From: Octopus sinensis
Lineage: Eukaryota
NCBI RefSeq assembly: GCF_006345805.1
Contig: NC_043007.1
Span: forward strand, 14,942,001 to 15,006,000
Length of the DNA stretch: 64,000 nucleotides
Reading direction: 5' to 3'
Position numbers and translations under genes: made by a program. The stretch's first letter is position 1, and every line of letters begins with the position of its first letter. Below are positions 12,730 to 25,064 of this stretch, one piece after another. The notes under the pieces are model-generated. The model saw only the letters and a program-made list of their open reading frames with translations. It ran no database searches and was not told the origin of the DNA.

Positions 12730-14935
12730 TATAAACCTGTCTCATATTGAGACCGCGTGGCAGCACTTTGAAACCATTGTCACCGACACATGCTCTAAAC
12801 ACGCTCCCAAGAAATCTACTAACACAAACAGACACCGGCTCCCTAAAAAGAAAAAAACACTCATCAGGCGCATCAAAAGACTCAACAAAAAAATCAACCA
12901 ATTAAAATATTCCCACACGCAACATCCACATTCAACAACAATGAAAAGACTAGAGCTGGAAAAACTTCATCTGCAGACTAACATGAAAACCTCCATTGAA
13001 AATCAAAGAGCTGTGGAGGAACAATGGGTAATCAAAAACATCAAACAGAACCCAAAAGTGTTCTATTCTTATGCAAATAAGCATAGAACCACTGTCTCAC
13101 CTATTGGGCCATTGATTGATGAAAACGGCATTCCCCAACACGATGCTAAAGAAATGGCAGAAATACTGCAGAAACAATATTGCTCTGTCTTCAGTGTTCC
13201 CACTGATATTGATGTGAGGGAAACGAACGAAGCTGACTCCCAACACAAAATCGCAGACATAACCTTCACTGCCACCGACATCGTAGCAGCAATAAATGAG
13301 GTCAAACATTACTCCGCTGTAGGCCCTGATAGATTTCCCGCCAGTCTCCTGAAGGAATGTAGATATCAACTTGCAGTCCCTCTGACCAACCTCTGGAGAA
13401 ACTCGTTAGACGCAGGTTATATACCGAAAAAGTTTCTATCCCAGTCGGTCATCCCGGTTTTCAAACAGGGAAACAGATCCCTCGCAGTCAACTATCACCC
13501 AATCTCACTCACCTCCCACATCATTAAAGTGTTTGAAAGAGTGTTAAGATCAAGGATAGCTGACTTCCTGGAGACCCACAAACTCCTAAATTCAAACCAA
13601 CATGGCTTTCGCTGTGGCAGGGACTGTCTAACACAGCTCTTACACCACATTGAAGATGTACTCAAAGCCTTGGGAACAGGTTCGAACTCTGACGTCATAT
13701 ACCTTGACTTCAGTAAAGCGTTCGACAGGGTAGACCATAACATCCTACTCTCAAAATTGGCAAATGTTGGAATCCGTGGAAAAGTTCTACACTGGATTCA
13801 GTATTTCCTAGCGAATAGAACACAACATGTTGTAGTTGATGGAGTCCACTCAAACCCAGCAAAAGTCACCAGCGGTGTTCCCCAGGGAACTGTTTTGGGT
13901 CCGCTACTCTTCATAATTTATGTAAACGACCTTTCCAGTGTCGTACATCACTGCAAAGTGAAAATATTCGCTGATGACACTAAGCTCCAGCAAATCGTCA
14001 ATGAAGAAGCAGACCGAACTCAACTCCAGTCTGACCTATATGCTGTGAGTCAATGGGCAGACAGAAACAAAATGCAACTGAATGAGGGAAAATTTGAGCT
14101 GATGCATTTTGGAAGAAATTCCTCACTAAAACAACCATACTCTCTTCCTTCAGGGGAACCGCTCACAGCCTCTAACAATATCAGAGACCTGGGTGTAATT
14201 GTTGATGACGATCTCAGTTGGAGTGCACACATCAACAAGAAGGTCGATACAGCTCGTAGGATGAGTTCCTGGATCTTAAGAACTTTCCGGTCCAGAGAAC
14301 AAGGTGTCATCATACCACTTTTTTCATCCTTTGTACGGCCACACCTTGAATACTGCTGCCCACTGTGGTCTCCTCACACAAGACAAAACATCTCCAGAAT
14401 TGAGTCACCCCAGAGGGCTCTTACTAAACAAATTGAAGGCATGGCTGCTCTCGACTATTGGGATCGCCTTAAAGCCTTGAAACTTTACTCCCTCTAGCGT
14501 CGCCGTGAGCGGTACATCATTTGTACGATGTGGAAAATATACCGCCAACTTTGCCCAAACGACCTAAACATTAGCTTCAAGGTTCATCCGAGACTTGGAC
14601 CACGGGCTATACGTCCCCTGCCAAATTCAAAATCACAACATACATGTACACTGCAACATAATTTCTTTTCCTCAACAGGCCCTGCCCTATTTAACATTGT
14701 CCCGAGGGAGATCAAAGAGGAAAAGGATCCCATCAACTTCAAACAGAGTCTGGATAGATTCCTTCAAAGAATACCAGACAAGCCACCCATAATTGGATAC
14801 AACTCACCCAACAAGAACTCACTACTTGAACAAAACTTGACTTAAACAGGATTCGAATAATCCTATCAGGTGGTGCTATTAAGTTAGACATGGCCTGGAC
14901 CAATCTCTGGTCGAAACATATCTAAGTTTCTAAGT
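12730..14935 (+). mobile_element. 5'-truncated CR1/L2-group LINE ORF2 (reverse transcriptase)
   Basis: Frame open from ~12730; YLDFSKAFD, GVPQGTVLGPLLF, FADD motifs; single TAG at 14495-14497, then in frame to 14845; endonuclease domain absent; CTAAGTT tail repeats. Confidence 0.93.
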
Positions 14936-15231
14936 TTTATAATATATACACACAGATCTGGAATCATCCAGTAATTTCTTTCTTTTTTTTTTGCTAGTTT
15001 ATTTTGTCTCTTGTCTTTTCTCCTGGTGCTGTATGAACATTTAATGTGGTTTTAGAGTCAAGTTTTGGCTGCTATTTCCAGCGTGGTGGTATCTCTTAAA
15101 ATTATAATTTTAATAATATTTATTACGTTTGAAAGTTTTTATTCCCATGCTGGCGGCCTAATAAGATCGGTATTTAAATATCGATCTTATCCTTATGTGT
15201 TCTTTATGAGGTTTGTTATGTGGTATATTTG

Positions 15232-15535
15232 AGGCCATCCAACTAAAATGCAAATATATGGGAAATTACCACATGTATCATCTCTTGTGAAAGGTAGGAG
15301 AGTCCAGTTTGCTGGACATTGTTGTAGAGCTGAAAAAGAAGTAATTTCTACTCTTCTCCTCTGGAAGCCATCTACTCGCAATACCAGAGGGCGCACACTC
15401 TCCTACCCTGATGTAATCTCCAGGGATACAGGCATCCAGAAACAGGACCTCCGTAATGCTATGATGGACCGTGAAGTCTGGCGTAACATAGTAAATTCCA
15501 TTGTCTCGACCACGGTCGAACAATGATGATGATAT
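15232..15535 (+). mobile_element. RTE-type LINE 3' fragment, copy 1
   Basis: RRVQFAGHC...RGRTLSYPDVISRDTG...MMDREVWR; (TGA)n tail. Confidence 0.75.
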
Positions 15536-17489
15536 TTGAGGTTTGTTCACACAGAAGTAATCTTTCAGATCGATTATCTGTTGAGATGAACTAAGATTGT
15601 ATTGCCTGGGTTCATGTTGGCCTGGCTACTATACAAGCCACGCATGCGTATGAGAGTTCCGATCATATTTCCTCAGTAGACCAATCTGAATGTATCTTTA
15701 ATTACCTTTCTAAGGAGTTATTTCTCATTGATGACGTGGCCACTTCCTCCTTTTTCCATTTCCGATCGATTTATGTGCCAATCATTTATGATGTTAACAG
15801 CTTCTTTATACTGTATAGCTAAACATATAACTGTCATTAGTTCAACAGCATTATATCTCGCTTAGATAAAGTGGATCTTTACCTTTTGACTTACAGATTA
15901 AAAAAAATAATTTTTTGTAACTAAACACTTTCAAACTTCGGACACTGGTAGACTGTGTCATATAAAACATCTTTTACTCTTTGTATTTTTGAGAAAAACT
16001 TATATTTACGAAGTTATTTCACGTTAAAGTTCTCATATTTCAGTGACGATAAAGTAAAATCGCGCTTATTAGTTTCACGAGCTTCTATCTATAATATAGT
16101 TACTGGCAGGAATTTAAGCGTCTCATAACTAAAAAAATATGACTAGAAAATATGGTTGAATACTCGGCCACGAGAGAGACTTACATCACGGTTAAGGATC
16201 ATAATGATAATTTTGACATTAACGCCAGATATAGACCAATGAACTCAGTTGAAACAGAAATAGAACTTAATTATCTCGAAGATTGGAAGGTAGATTAATA
16301 ATAAAATTAGGAAAGGACAAATTTACAATTAAAGACTATTAATAATATCGTTATCGAATAGTTTAAAAAGATTATAGATAAAAAGAATTTTATAACGTTG
16401 ATTTATATCGGTCGATAATCTCTTCTCTTAAAGCATTAGCATACTTTAAAAGATATTGGAATGTAGGTAAAATTGGTCTTTGGGATAATCTTACATCCCA
16501 GAAACACTTTTCTACATGGTAGGAACTCGACTTGGGTTAAGAAAACCGACACTGCAAGCACTTTCGGCGATAGCATGATGGCGTATAGCACAGATACATG
16601 TGTCCTTGTTAGCCAAAGCTGAAAGAAAAATGCGCAATGAATCCGGTTAGGTATTCTTACGGTTCTGACAATCTCTCACTCTGGATCAGTACTTTTTTTG
16701 GTGTCACTTTACGTACAGTCTACCTGGCCTTTCACACTTCAGCGTGCAGTTTGACTCTTGTATAATTCACACAGACGTAGAGTCATACCAGGGACCATTC
16801 ATTGAATCGTTGTATATTCTCAATGATCGGCTACCATAGGAAAACTGAAATTTACTTTCTACATGTGTATGGCCCTACGCGCTGTAGTAGATCATTTCTG
16901 GTATGCGTATAAGAAACCCAACAAATATCACCACAGCAGGGCAATATAAAGGCCTAACCATAACCAAAAGTCCTAACCAAAAGCCTAACCATAAATCATA
17001 ATCCTACACCCTAATCCTAATCATAACCCAAATCAGGTCATTTCACATCACAGAATACAGATACTGCGCTAGACAGTACTCTTGTAGGGATTTGAACCCC
17101 AACCGTGCAATTATCAGTTTACAGCTATGAGTAAGCAACGACATGTTCACGTGGACAACCTAAAAACCGATAAATTAGGTTGAAGCTATGCCGTGGACAA
17201 CATTTCAAATGTTCCGGAGATTCGCACCCTTTTCCACTAGTTAAGCAGTTTCGCACCAAAATCACGGCAGAACGCTGTTGGTAATCAAGCAAAAAAAAAT
17301 CTCGTTTTTCACTCAACAAGACTTATAACAATTTTTGGAGGACTTGTCTCTTTTGTTTTCAACTTTTCCAAATAGTTAATGACTAAGGAAACACAGGTGA
17401 ATCAATTCCTTATATACTTCTGACAACCAGTGAGTCTTTGCTAATTCATGTATAATACATGCATTTTTTTTTCTATCAATAAAATCTGT

Positions 17490-17907
17490 GGATCTTTTCG
17501 GTTTGAACGGCAGTTTTTAAAAATAATTTCCACGTAACTAAACACTTTTAAACTTCGTATTCTGGTAGAATGTGTTTATAAAAAATCTTTTTCTCTTGGC
17601 TTTATTGAGAAAATTCTATAGTTTGTAAGATATTTGTTGTTCTTTTTCTTCAATTTCTGCAATTTCAACCAATCACTGACGTCTATTGAAGTAAAAAACA
17701 TTCTGTGCCGTATGAATATGTCCCTCGTTTGAGAAACAGACTGGGTTTATTTACATTTGTGAAGAAAAAAAGATACCCTTCCCCCCATCCCTAACCCTAA
17801 CCCTAAAACAGATTGAAATGCAATAGATCGATACTAGGGTCATAATTATGTGGGACAATTTCATATGACACCGCTAGAAAAAACTGCCGTTCAAACTGAA
17901 AAGATCC
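17490..17907. mobile_element. Merlin-like MITE, copy 2 (opposite orientation)
   Basis: Same TIRs; 8-bp TSD AAATCTGT. Confidence 0.85.
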
Positions 17908-18303
17908 AAATCTGTTGTTAAACGTTCGCGAGTATGATTTTGTTGTACTACATGCAGCTAGCCTGGCCTTACTTTCAGTTAATGAAGCTACAGCATCGGT
18001 CTTTCTCGCGATAACTCAAACCCGCAAAAATGGCGACCCAACTCGAAAGGCCGACAACGACAAACCACGCGACAATGGTCTCAAACAAACACAATAAATA
18101 CACAGCTCGTGGCACTAAAGTAATGCCCATTTTTTTTCATCGACTCCGGACTGATGAAAGACAAAGTGGACCATCACAGGATGTGAATTGTGCGAGCAGA
18201 GAATCGGAACAAATATTGCATTATATTCTATTCGATACACAAATAACACTGCTGCCTTATAAATATTGTGAGTCTCTTGCGAACATTAAAGATTTAAAAG
18301 GTT

Positions 18304-18309
18304 TTTATT
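18304..18309 (-). promoter_or_regulatory. Candidate polyadenylation signal for PGGHG
   Basis: AATAAA on the minus strand ~80 nt past the stop; AT-rich context makes a chance match possible. Confidence 0.3.
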
Positions 18310-18388
18310 CAAAATTACCCAGCTATAATGTTTTAATACATAGCGTTTCACTCTTTTAGTATTTCTTTTAGTTTTTCGTTCATCTATT

Positions 18389-18832
18389 TTAAACAAGGTG
18401 AAAAGGAAACACAAAGCTTACGATTAATAACATTGCACACGACTTCAACGAACAGGAAGATGAATAACCAGGGTTAAAAGAGTCATTTACAAAAAGAGCT
18501 GACCTCTCGATAGAAGTAACTACCTTTTTTCCGAACGGTAATGGTATATCTAGCCCAGACTCTTTAAGGCTTAATATAAAATCTTTATCTCCTGGCTTCG
18601 TTAACGTTATCGACATAATCGCTGCATTGAAACTCAGAGTGAAACTGCCGCCACGATAGTCAATGTTGTGTAGAGTGATATTAGTCGATCCCTCTGGAAG
18701 CTGCGGATCGAATTCAAGACGGTCTTTATATATTCTGAAACCACCATATCCAAATGTCAAACTCTGCAGAAAGCCGCCCATTCCAGTAAGGAAATTCACT
18801 GCTCCAGTTCCATCATTATATTCGGACCACAT
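18389..18832 (-). CDS. PGGHG: PGGHG-like terminal coding exon 11
   Basis: TTTTTCCCAG acceptor; MWSEYNDGTGAVNFLTGMGGFLQSLTFGYGG; ends in hydrophobic AMLLIVSFVFPFHLV-TAA. Confidence 0.95.
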   Translation of the reverse strand: MWSEYNDGTGAVNFLTGMGGFLQSLTFGYGGFRIYKDRLEFDPQLPEGSTNITLHNIDYRGGSFTLSFNAAIMSITLTKPGDKDFILSLKESGLDIPLPFGKKVVTSIERSALFVNDSFNPGYSSSCSLKSCAMLLIVSFVFPFHLV

Positions 18833-19072
18833 CTGGGAAAAAGAAGATAGAAAAAATACATATTAGATTTTAGCCAATATGAGAAGAATGGCTGGTTCGT
18901 CCAGTTTTAGGTTTGTTTTTCCAAGCTAGTAGGGTCAGACGAAACTTATTGAGACAGGCTTCATGTCCTCTCCAGTTTCTTCTCCAGTCTTGCGCAGGCC
19001 TGGGCTAGATGTGGGAAAATCCTGGGTAGCCCAATCGTCAGGATTCCTCTCTCGACCTTGCTGACGTAGTCC

Positions 19073-19161
19073 AAAGAATACTTTACCTGAAAAGTGGGAA
19101 AGAATTGACAACAGAAAGTCTGTTGTCAATTCTTTCCCATTTTTCAGGTAAGGTATTCTTT
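19073..19161. repeat. 42-bp-arm inverted repeat with 5-nt loop
   Basis: 19073-19114 pairs with 19120-19161; only two non-Watson-Crick positions. Confidence 0.95.
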
Positions 19162-19558
19162 TTGTCATTTCACCAGCTATCACAGGTAGAGAGCAGAAAC
19201 TAGGGAATGCTTTGCCTAGAGGAGATTTAAAAAAGAAACAACAACTCAAAACACTTTTTTTTTCCGCACGGATAATTTAAATGAAGATAGGTGGAACAGT
19301 CAAACACACACACACGCACACAAGCACACACATATGCGATAGAAAACAAAGCATAAGCATGCCTCAGACTGAACCCATTGCCTGTCCTACTGCGTTTACA
19401 AGCGCAAGCATTGCTATGTGGTTAAGCAGCTCACTTTGCAACCTTGTGCTCTCAGTTTCAATACCACCGCGCGGCAGTTTGGGCAAGTGTCTTCTACTAT
19501 AGCTACTGCCGACCACTACATTGTGAATAAAGTTGGTTGACGAAAACTGTGTGGAAGC

Positions 19559-19630
<72 letters not shown>

Positions 19631-20250
19631 CGTACTTGTGTGTGTCTATGAGTCTGTGTTTGTCACCTCCTCACTGCTTGACAATCAGTGTTGGTTTGTT
19701 TATATCTCCGTAACGTGGCGGTTCAGCGAAAGAGACCGATAGAAAAAGTACAATTCTTAAAAAACAAAAAAAAAAACAAAAACAAAACATAAGTACTCGG
19801 GTGAAATTGTTCGATTAAAACCTTTCAATGCCTCGTCATGGCCGTAGTCCAATGACTGAAGCAAAGGAAGAAAGTAAAACAGAAAAGAAAGGAAGCTTTG
19901 GATATGAGTCACTCATTGTGTTAACCGTGAGTAAAGACATGATTGGTCCATTGTACCACGGTTCTTTGTAATTTTGTTGTTTACGTCTTTACATTATTTA
20001 GTAATTCTCATCAAAATTTAATACAAGGGGCTTTAGTCCACACAAATATCTTTAAAAAGTATTGCAAATATCTTTAATAAGTGTTGTTAATCACTCCACA
20101 AAATCTGCTTTTGTTTAATAAGAAATAACCTGATTTTTGTTTGCAAGGGAGAGCAAGGTGTTTGTGAAAGAACATACCATGAAAGAGGGTGTAGCGAAGA
20201 ATATTCAGCAGTTAAGTTACTGTACCCGATGGTGCGATTTGCTAGAATAT

Positions 20251-20669
20251 TACCTATTTCTTTACTACCCACAAGGGACTAAACACAGAGGGGACAAACA
20301 AGGACAGACATAGGTATTAAGTCGATTACATCGACCCCAGTGTGTAACTGGTACTTAATTTATCGACCCCGAAAGGATGAAAGGCAAAGTCGACCTCGGC
20401 GGAATTTGAACTCACAACGTAACGCAGACGAAATACCTATTTCTTTATTACCCACAAGGGGCTAAACACAGAGGGGGACAAACAAGGACAGACATAGGTA
20501 TTAAGTCGATTACATCGACCCCAGTGCGTAACTGGTACTTAATTTATCGACCCCGAAAGGATGAAAAGCAAAGTCGGCCTCGGCGGAATTTGAACTCACA
20601 ACGTAACGCAGACGAAATACCGCTAAGCATTTCGCCCGGCGTGCTAACGTTTCTGCCAGCTCGCCGCCT
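20251..20669 (-). mobile_element. SINE family B, head+body+body dimer
   Basis: Body duplicated at junction GCAGACGAAATAC|CTATTTC; same junction at ~57998. Confidence 0.85.
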
Positions 20670-21000
20670 CACGTAATGAAACATTCTGACCAATCAAAAC
20701 TTCACCTAGAGCTGACTCCAACAATAATTCCATCTTTTGGTGCGTTTTTTATTTTGAGTCAAACCATCACTATAAATTCGGTGCACCTTAGCTGCTTAGA
20801 CAGAGAACATTGAGAGACAGCCGAGACGGGACAGCGGGCAGATGGTGAACGAACGCAGACAGTTGCTGATCCAAGCTAACAGCTACTAAACAATGACGAA
20901 AGCCAACAGCAACACCAGCACCAACTAACCACATGCTAAGAACAAATAACATTCAAACTCTCTCCAAGTTTTGTCGTTCGTTGTAACGACAGCAGTTTTC

Positions 21001-21412
21001 TTTACTCTTTTACTCTTTTACTTGTTTCCGTCATTTGACTGCGGCCATGCTGGAGCACCGCGTTTAGTCGAGCAAATCGACCCCGGGACTTATTCTTCTT
21101 GTAAGCCCAGTACTTATTCTATCGGTCTCTTTTGCCGAACCGCTAAGTGACGGGGACGTAAACACACCAGCATCGGTTGTCAAGCAATGCTATAGGGGGA
21201 CAAACACAGACACACAAACATATACACACACATATATATATATATATACGACAGGCTTCTTTCAGTTTCCGTCTACCAAATCCACTCACAAGGCATTGGT
21301 CGGCCCGGGGCTATAGTAGAAGACACTTGCCCAAGATGCCACGCAGTAGGACTGAACCCGGAACCATGTGGTTGGTTAGCAAGCTACTTACCACACAGCC
21401 ACTCCTGCGCCT
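21001..21412 (-). mobile_element. SINE family A, full length
   Basis: Reverse complement of the family A sequence. Confidence 0.9.
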
Positions 21413-21463
21413 ATGTGTACGAAAAGAACCGATATTTTGTTTATCATAAATCTCAATAGATTT

Positions 21464-21880
21464 GGAGTGGCTATGTGGTAAGTAAGTTGCTTACCAACCA
21501 CATGATTCCGGGTTCAATCCCACTGCGTGGCATCTTGGGCAAGTGTCTTCTACTATAGCCTCGGGCCGACCAAAGCCTTGTGAGTGGATTTGGTAGACGG
21601 AAACTGAAAGAATCCCGTCGTATATATATGTATATATATATATATATGTATGTGTATGTGTATATGTTTGTGTGTCTGTGTTTGTCCCCCCAACATCGCT
21701 TGACAACCGATGCTGGTGTGTTTACGTCCCCGTCACTTAGCGGTTCGGCAAAAGAGACCGATAGAATAAGTACTGGGCTTACAAAGGATAAGTCCTGGGG
21801 TCGAGTTGCTCGACTAAATGCGGTGCTCCAGCATGGCCGCAGTCAAATGACTGAAACGAGTAAAAGAGTAAAGAGAGTAA
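21464..21880 (+). mobile_element. SINE family A, full length
   Basis: Family A head to tail. Confidence 0.9.
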
Positions 21881-22074
21881 GAGATATCCGTGTTCATGTT
21901 CATAACAGTGGTGACCCGAACATTTCGCAGCCTCGTCTTCTTCGTACAGGATTGCTCCGAATTAGGTCCTAAATAATTTCTTTCTTGAATGGGCAATAAA
22001 AAACCCCAAATAAAACAAAGCAAAATACAGAAACAAAACAAAACAAAAAAACAACCCATCCCAATCCCACTCAC

Positions 22075-22203
22075 CTTAAAAGGTTCCATAACGTTTTTGA
22101 AATTCCTTTTAAAGTTGGCATTGCCTTGTGATGAATTCTTCAACTCCAACCAACCAATAGAAAACATCGACCATGTCATAGCTGGGCCATTTTCATCGGA
22201 TAC
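22075..22203 (-). CDS. PGGHG: PGGHG-like coding exon 10
   Basis: CTCTTTAG acceptor; VSDENGPAMTWSMFSIGWLEL...EPFK; donor AAG|GTGAGT; 43 codons, phase 0-0. Confidence 0.95.
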
Positions 22204-22238
22204 CTAAAGAGAATAAAAAAAATCAGGAAAGAAGGAAG

Positions 22239-22273
22239 GTTTAACGTTTCGAGCGGAGCTCTTCGTCAGAAAC
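22239..22273 (-). ncRNA. Minimal type-I hammerhead ribozyme with intact core, in the PGGHG intron 9 3' end (H4)
   Basis: Minus strand: GTTT-CTGACGA-A-GAGC-TCC-GCTC-GAAAC-GTT-AAAC; predicted cleavage between 22243 and 22242. Confidence 0.8.
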
Positions 22274-22514
22274 ATAGGAAAAGGAAAGATCCAAAGAAGG
22301 GAAGACAGAGGAAAAAAATCGCCAACGGTACACACGCGGTCACCGACTTGTATGCCAGTAAATACGGTATTAGAAGATTCTTATTGTTGTTAAACCTACA
22401 TCAATCTAAAAACTAAGCTAACGACCACTGATGACTTTTTCCTGCGGTCTCACATTTCTAAACGAATTTCTATAAGTTTTTGACAGCTGGCAAATGGCTG
22501 AGTATTCTATAGAT

Positions 22515-22681
22515 ACGCAGGAGTGGCCGTGTGGTAAGTAGCTTGCTTACCAGCCACACGGTTCCGGATTCAGTCCCACTGCGTGGCACCTTGGGAAAGT
22601 GTCTTCTACTGTAGCTTCGGACCGACCAAAGCCTTGTGAGTGGATTTGGTAGACGGAAACTGAAAGAAGCCTGTCGTATAT

Positions 22682-22726
<45 letters not shown>

Positions 22727-22968
22727 GTGTGTGTGTGTGTGTGTTTGTGTGTTTGTGTGTCTGTGTTTGTCCTCCCCAACATCGCTTGACAACCGATGCT
22801 GGTATGTTTACGTCCCCGTTACCTAGCGGTTCGGCAAAAGAGACCGATAGAATAAGTACTGGGCTTACAAAGAATAAGTCCCGGGGTCGATTTGCTCGAC
22901 TAAAAGGCGGTGCTCCAGCATGGCCGCAGTCAAATGACTGAAACAAGTAAAAGAGTAAAGAGAGTAAA
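22515..22968 (+). mobile_element. SINE family A, full length
   Basis: Family A head to tail. Confidence 0.9.
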
Positions 22969-23039
22969 GATTATACGTGGACCGTTAATGTAATCCTAAA
23001 TCAGAACGAAAAGAAGCAGTATACTTTCTATTTAGGGTG

Positions 23040-23370
23040 GTTTCCGATATGAATGACCAATCTGATCTAAATTCCTTATACCGCATTTTTAGTTTATTAA
23101 TATACGTAGCCAGCGCTGTTGCATTTTTTGCTCCTAGGTTTTGAGAATGTGCCGACGTGTACTCTATATCTCGTTTTAAAGTCCTTAGTACTCCCTATGT
23201 ATACTTTCTTAGGTTGATTGGCAGTTATAACATTAGTCTTGTGTACCACGTTTTTCTTTAAGCAGGAACCCCTTAATGGACATAAATTGCGGTTCCGAAA
23301 ATTGCACGCTTTATTCCGGTTACACATCCCTGTGCGTTCTTTATCGATGCTATTATTAATACTATTCGTA
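23040..23370 (-). mobile_element. Penelope-like GIY-YIG endonuclease fragment
   Basis: CNFRNRNLCPLRGSCLKKNVVHK...VYIGSTKDFKTRYRVH. Confidence 0.8.
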
Positions 23371-23666
23371 TACCAAAATAAACCAAAAAAATGGCGACAC
23401 AGCAGTCACAAAATCGTAAAACAGGGATTTTCATAGAAAAAAAGCACCTTTTTGATGTAAATAATTTTTGGTGTTAACATGGTCCGATTTGAATTTTTTC
23501 TTCTACGGAAGATAGAGCAAGCCTTCTTCTATCATACTCTCAATTTTGGTCAACTTGCGCCGCAGGGTTTCGGAGGAGATAGTGTTAGTTTGAAGGGTAC
23601 CAAACCTGCCATGCACAGACAACTTCAGCTTTATATAGAGAAAGATTATATTCACACACACACACA

Positions 23667-23731
<65 letters not shown>

Positions 23732-24459
23732 ACACACACACACACTCTCTCTCTCACACACACGCGCGTACACACACGTGTATATATGCACATGCGTGTA
23801 TGCTTGTGTGTATGTGTGCACACGTCTGTGTCTTTCTCTTGTCTTGACTTTTGCGCGCCGACTGAAAACTACGTCACCGTCGCACGCTGACGGTGACATT
23901 TGTTTAGATTTTCACAAAACGGTCTTTGAGCTGTTCGTTCTATGGAAGACGAATGGAACTATTTTCTTGTTTGGAAACAAGTGACGGTTGACGACAGAAA
24001 GACCGTCAGCCGTAGAAAATCGGCTTCAATAACTTTTCTCTGATTCATTCATACGTTGAAGTGTGGACGGTAAAACTATGATGTGTATGAATATGCTTGA
24101 ATGTATGAATATTCATGAGTGTATGTATATGTATGAATGTATGTATGAGTGTGTGTGTGTGTGTATTTGTTTGAAAATGATAATAATAGTCCTTTCTATT
24201 ATAGGCACAAGACCTGAAATTTGGGAGAGGGCGACAGTCGATTACATCGACCCCAGTGTTTCACTGGTACTTAATTTATCGAACCCGAAAGGATGAAAGG
24301 TAAAGTCGACCTCGGCAGAATTTGAACCCAGAGCGTAGCGACGGGCAAAATACTGCTAAGCATTTCGTCCAGCGTGCTAACGATTCTGCCAGCCTTAATA
24401 TACATAGTAATAGTGACTGATTTAATGTTTGTGCTGTAATCAGGTTTAACCAAGCTTAC

Positions 24460-24560
24460 CGTTTCGTATTTGACCAGATCGTTGTATCTTACAGATTTTG
24501 GCATATTCATCATCAGTGGAAAACCAAGAAGAATGACATCCGCTTGTTTCACTTTAGTAC
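24460..24560 (-). CDS. PGGHG: PGGHG-like coding exon 9 (KQAD motif)
   Basis: TTTTCAG|GT acceptor; VKQADVILLGFPL; donor ACG|GTAAGC. Confidence 0.95.
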
Positions 24561-25025
24561 CTGAAAATAAAACACACACCGCTGTGGATAAACATATTCT
24601 CACAATACATAGACCTCCTGCGTTCATAACGTCAACATACGTACACACTCACAGAAACATGTATACGCACATGCACATACACTCAAACATATATATTTTT
24701 TCATGTCTTCTTTTTTTCTTTTTAATTGTATGAATGTGTACGTGTGTGAGTATATGTATATGTATATGTATATGTATGTATATACTTTATATGTGTATGT
24801 GTGTGTGTGCATATATGTTTATGTATATATGTATGTATATGAATGTAAGACTGTGTCCGGTACATATGTGCGACTTTTGTGCACACGTGTCCCTTTCATT
24901 TATACGCATATGCATGTTTGTATAAGTGAGGATGTAGGTGTGTGATGGGAGGATGTATATGTAAATATATGTATATATATGTGTGTACATATATCTATAT
25001 ATCTCTCTCTCTATATATATATCTA

Positions 25026-25060
<35 letters not shown>

Positions 25061-25064
25061 ATAG

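Noticed and set aside
14495-14497. LINE TAG stop rescued by A-to-I editing to Trp
   Set aside because: The homologous position is normally Q/E; a CAG>TAG mutation in a truncated copy is simpler
16500-16900. Possible coding exon or RT remnant in moderately GC-rich sequence
   Set aside because: No recognisable motif in any frame
18024-18359. Plus-strand gene start at AAAAATGGCG (109-aa ORF); similar AACATGGCGG at ~55226
   Set aside because: No recognisable protein or supported exon chain; the same motif occurs in a Helitron, so it cannot be supported without expression data
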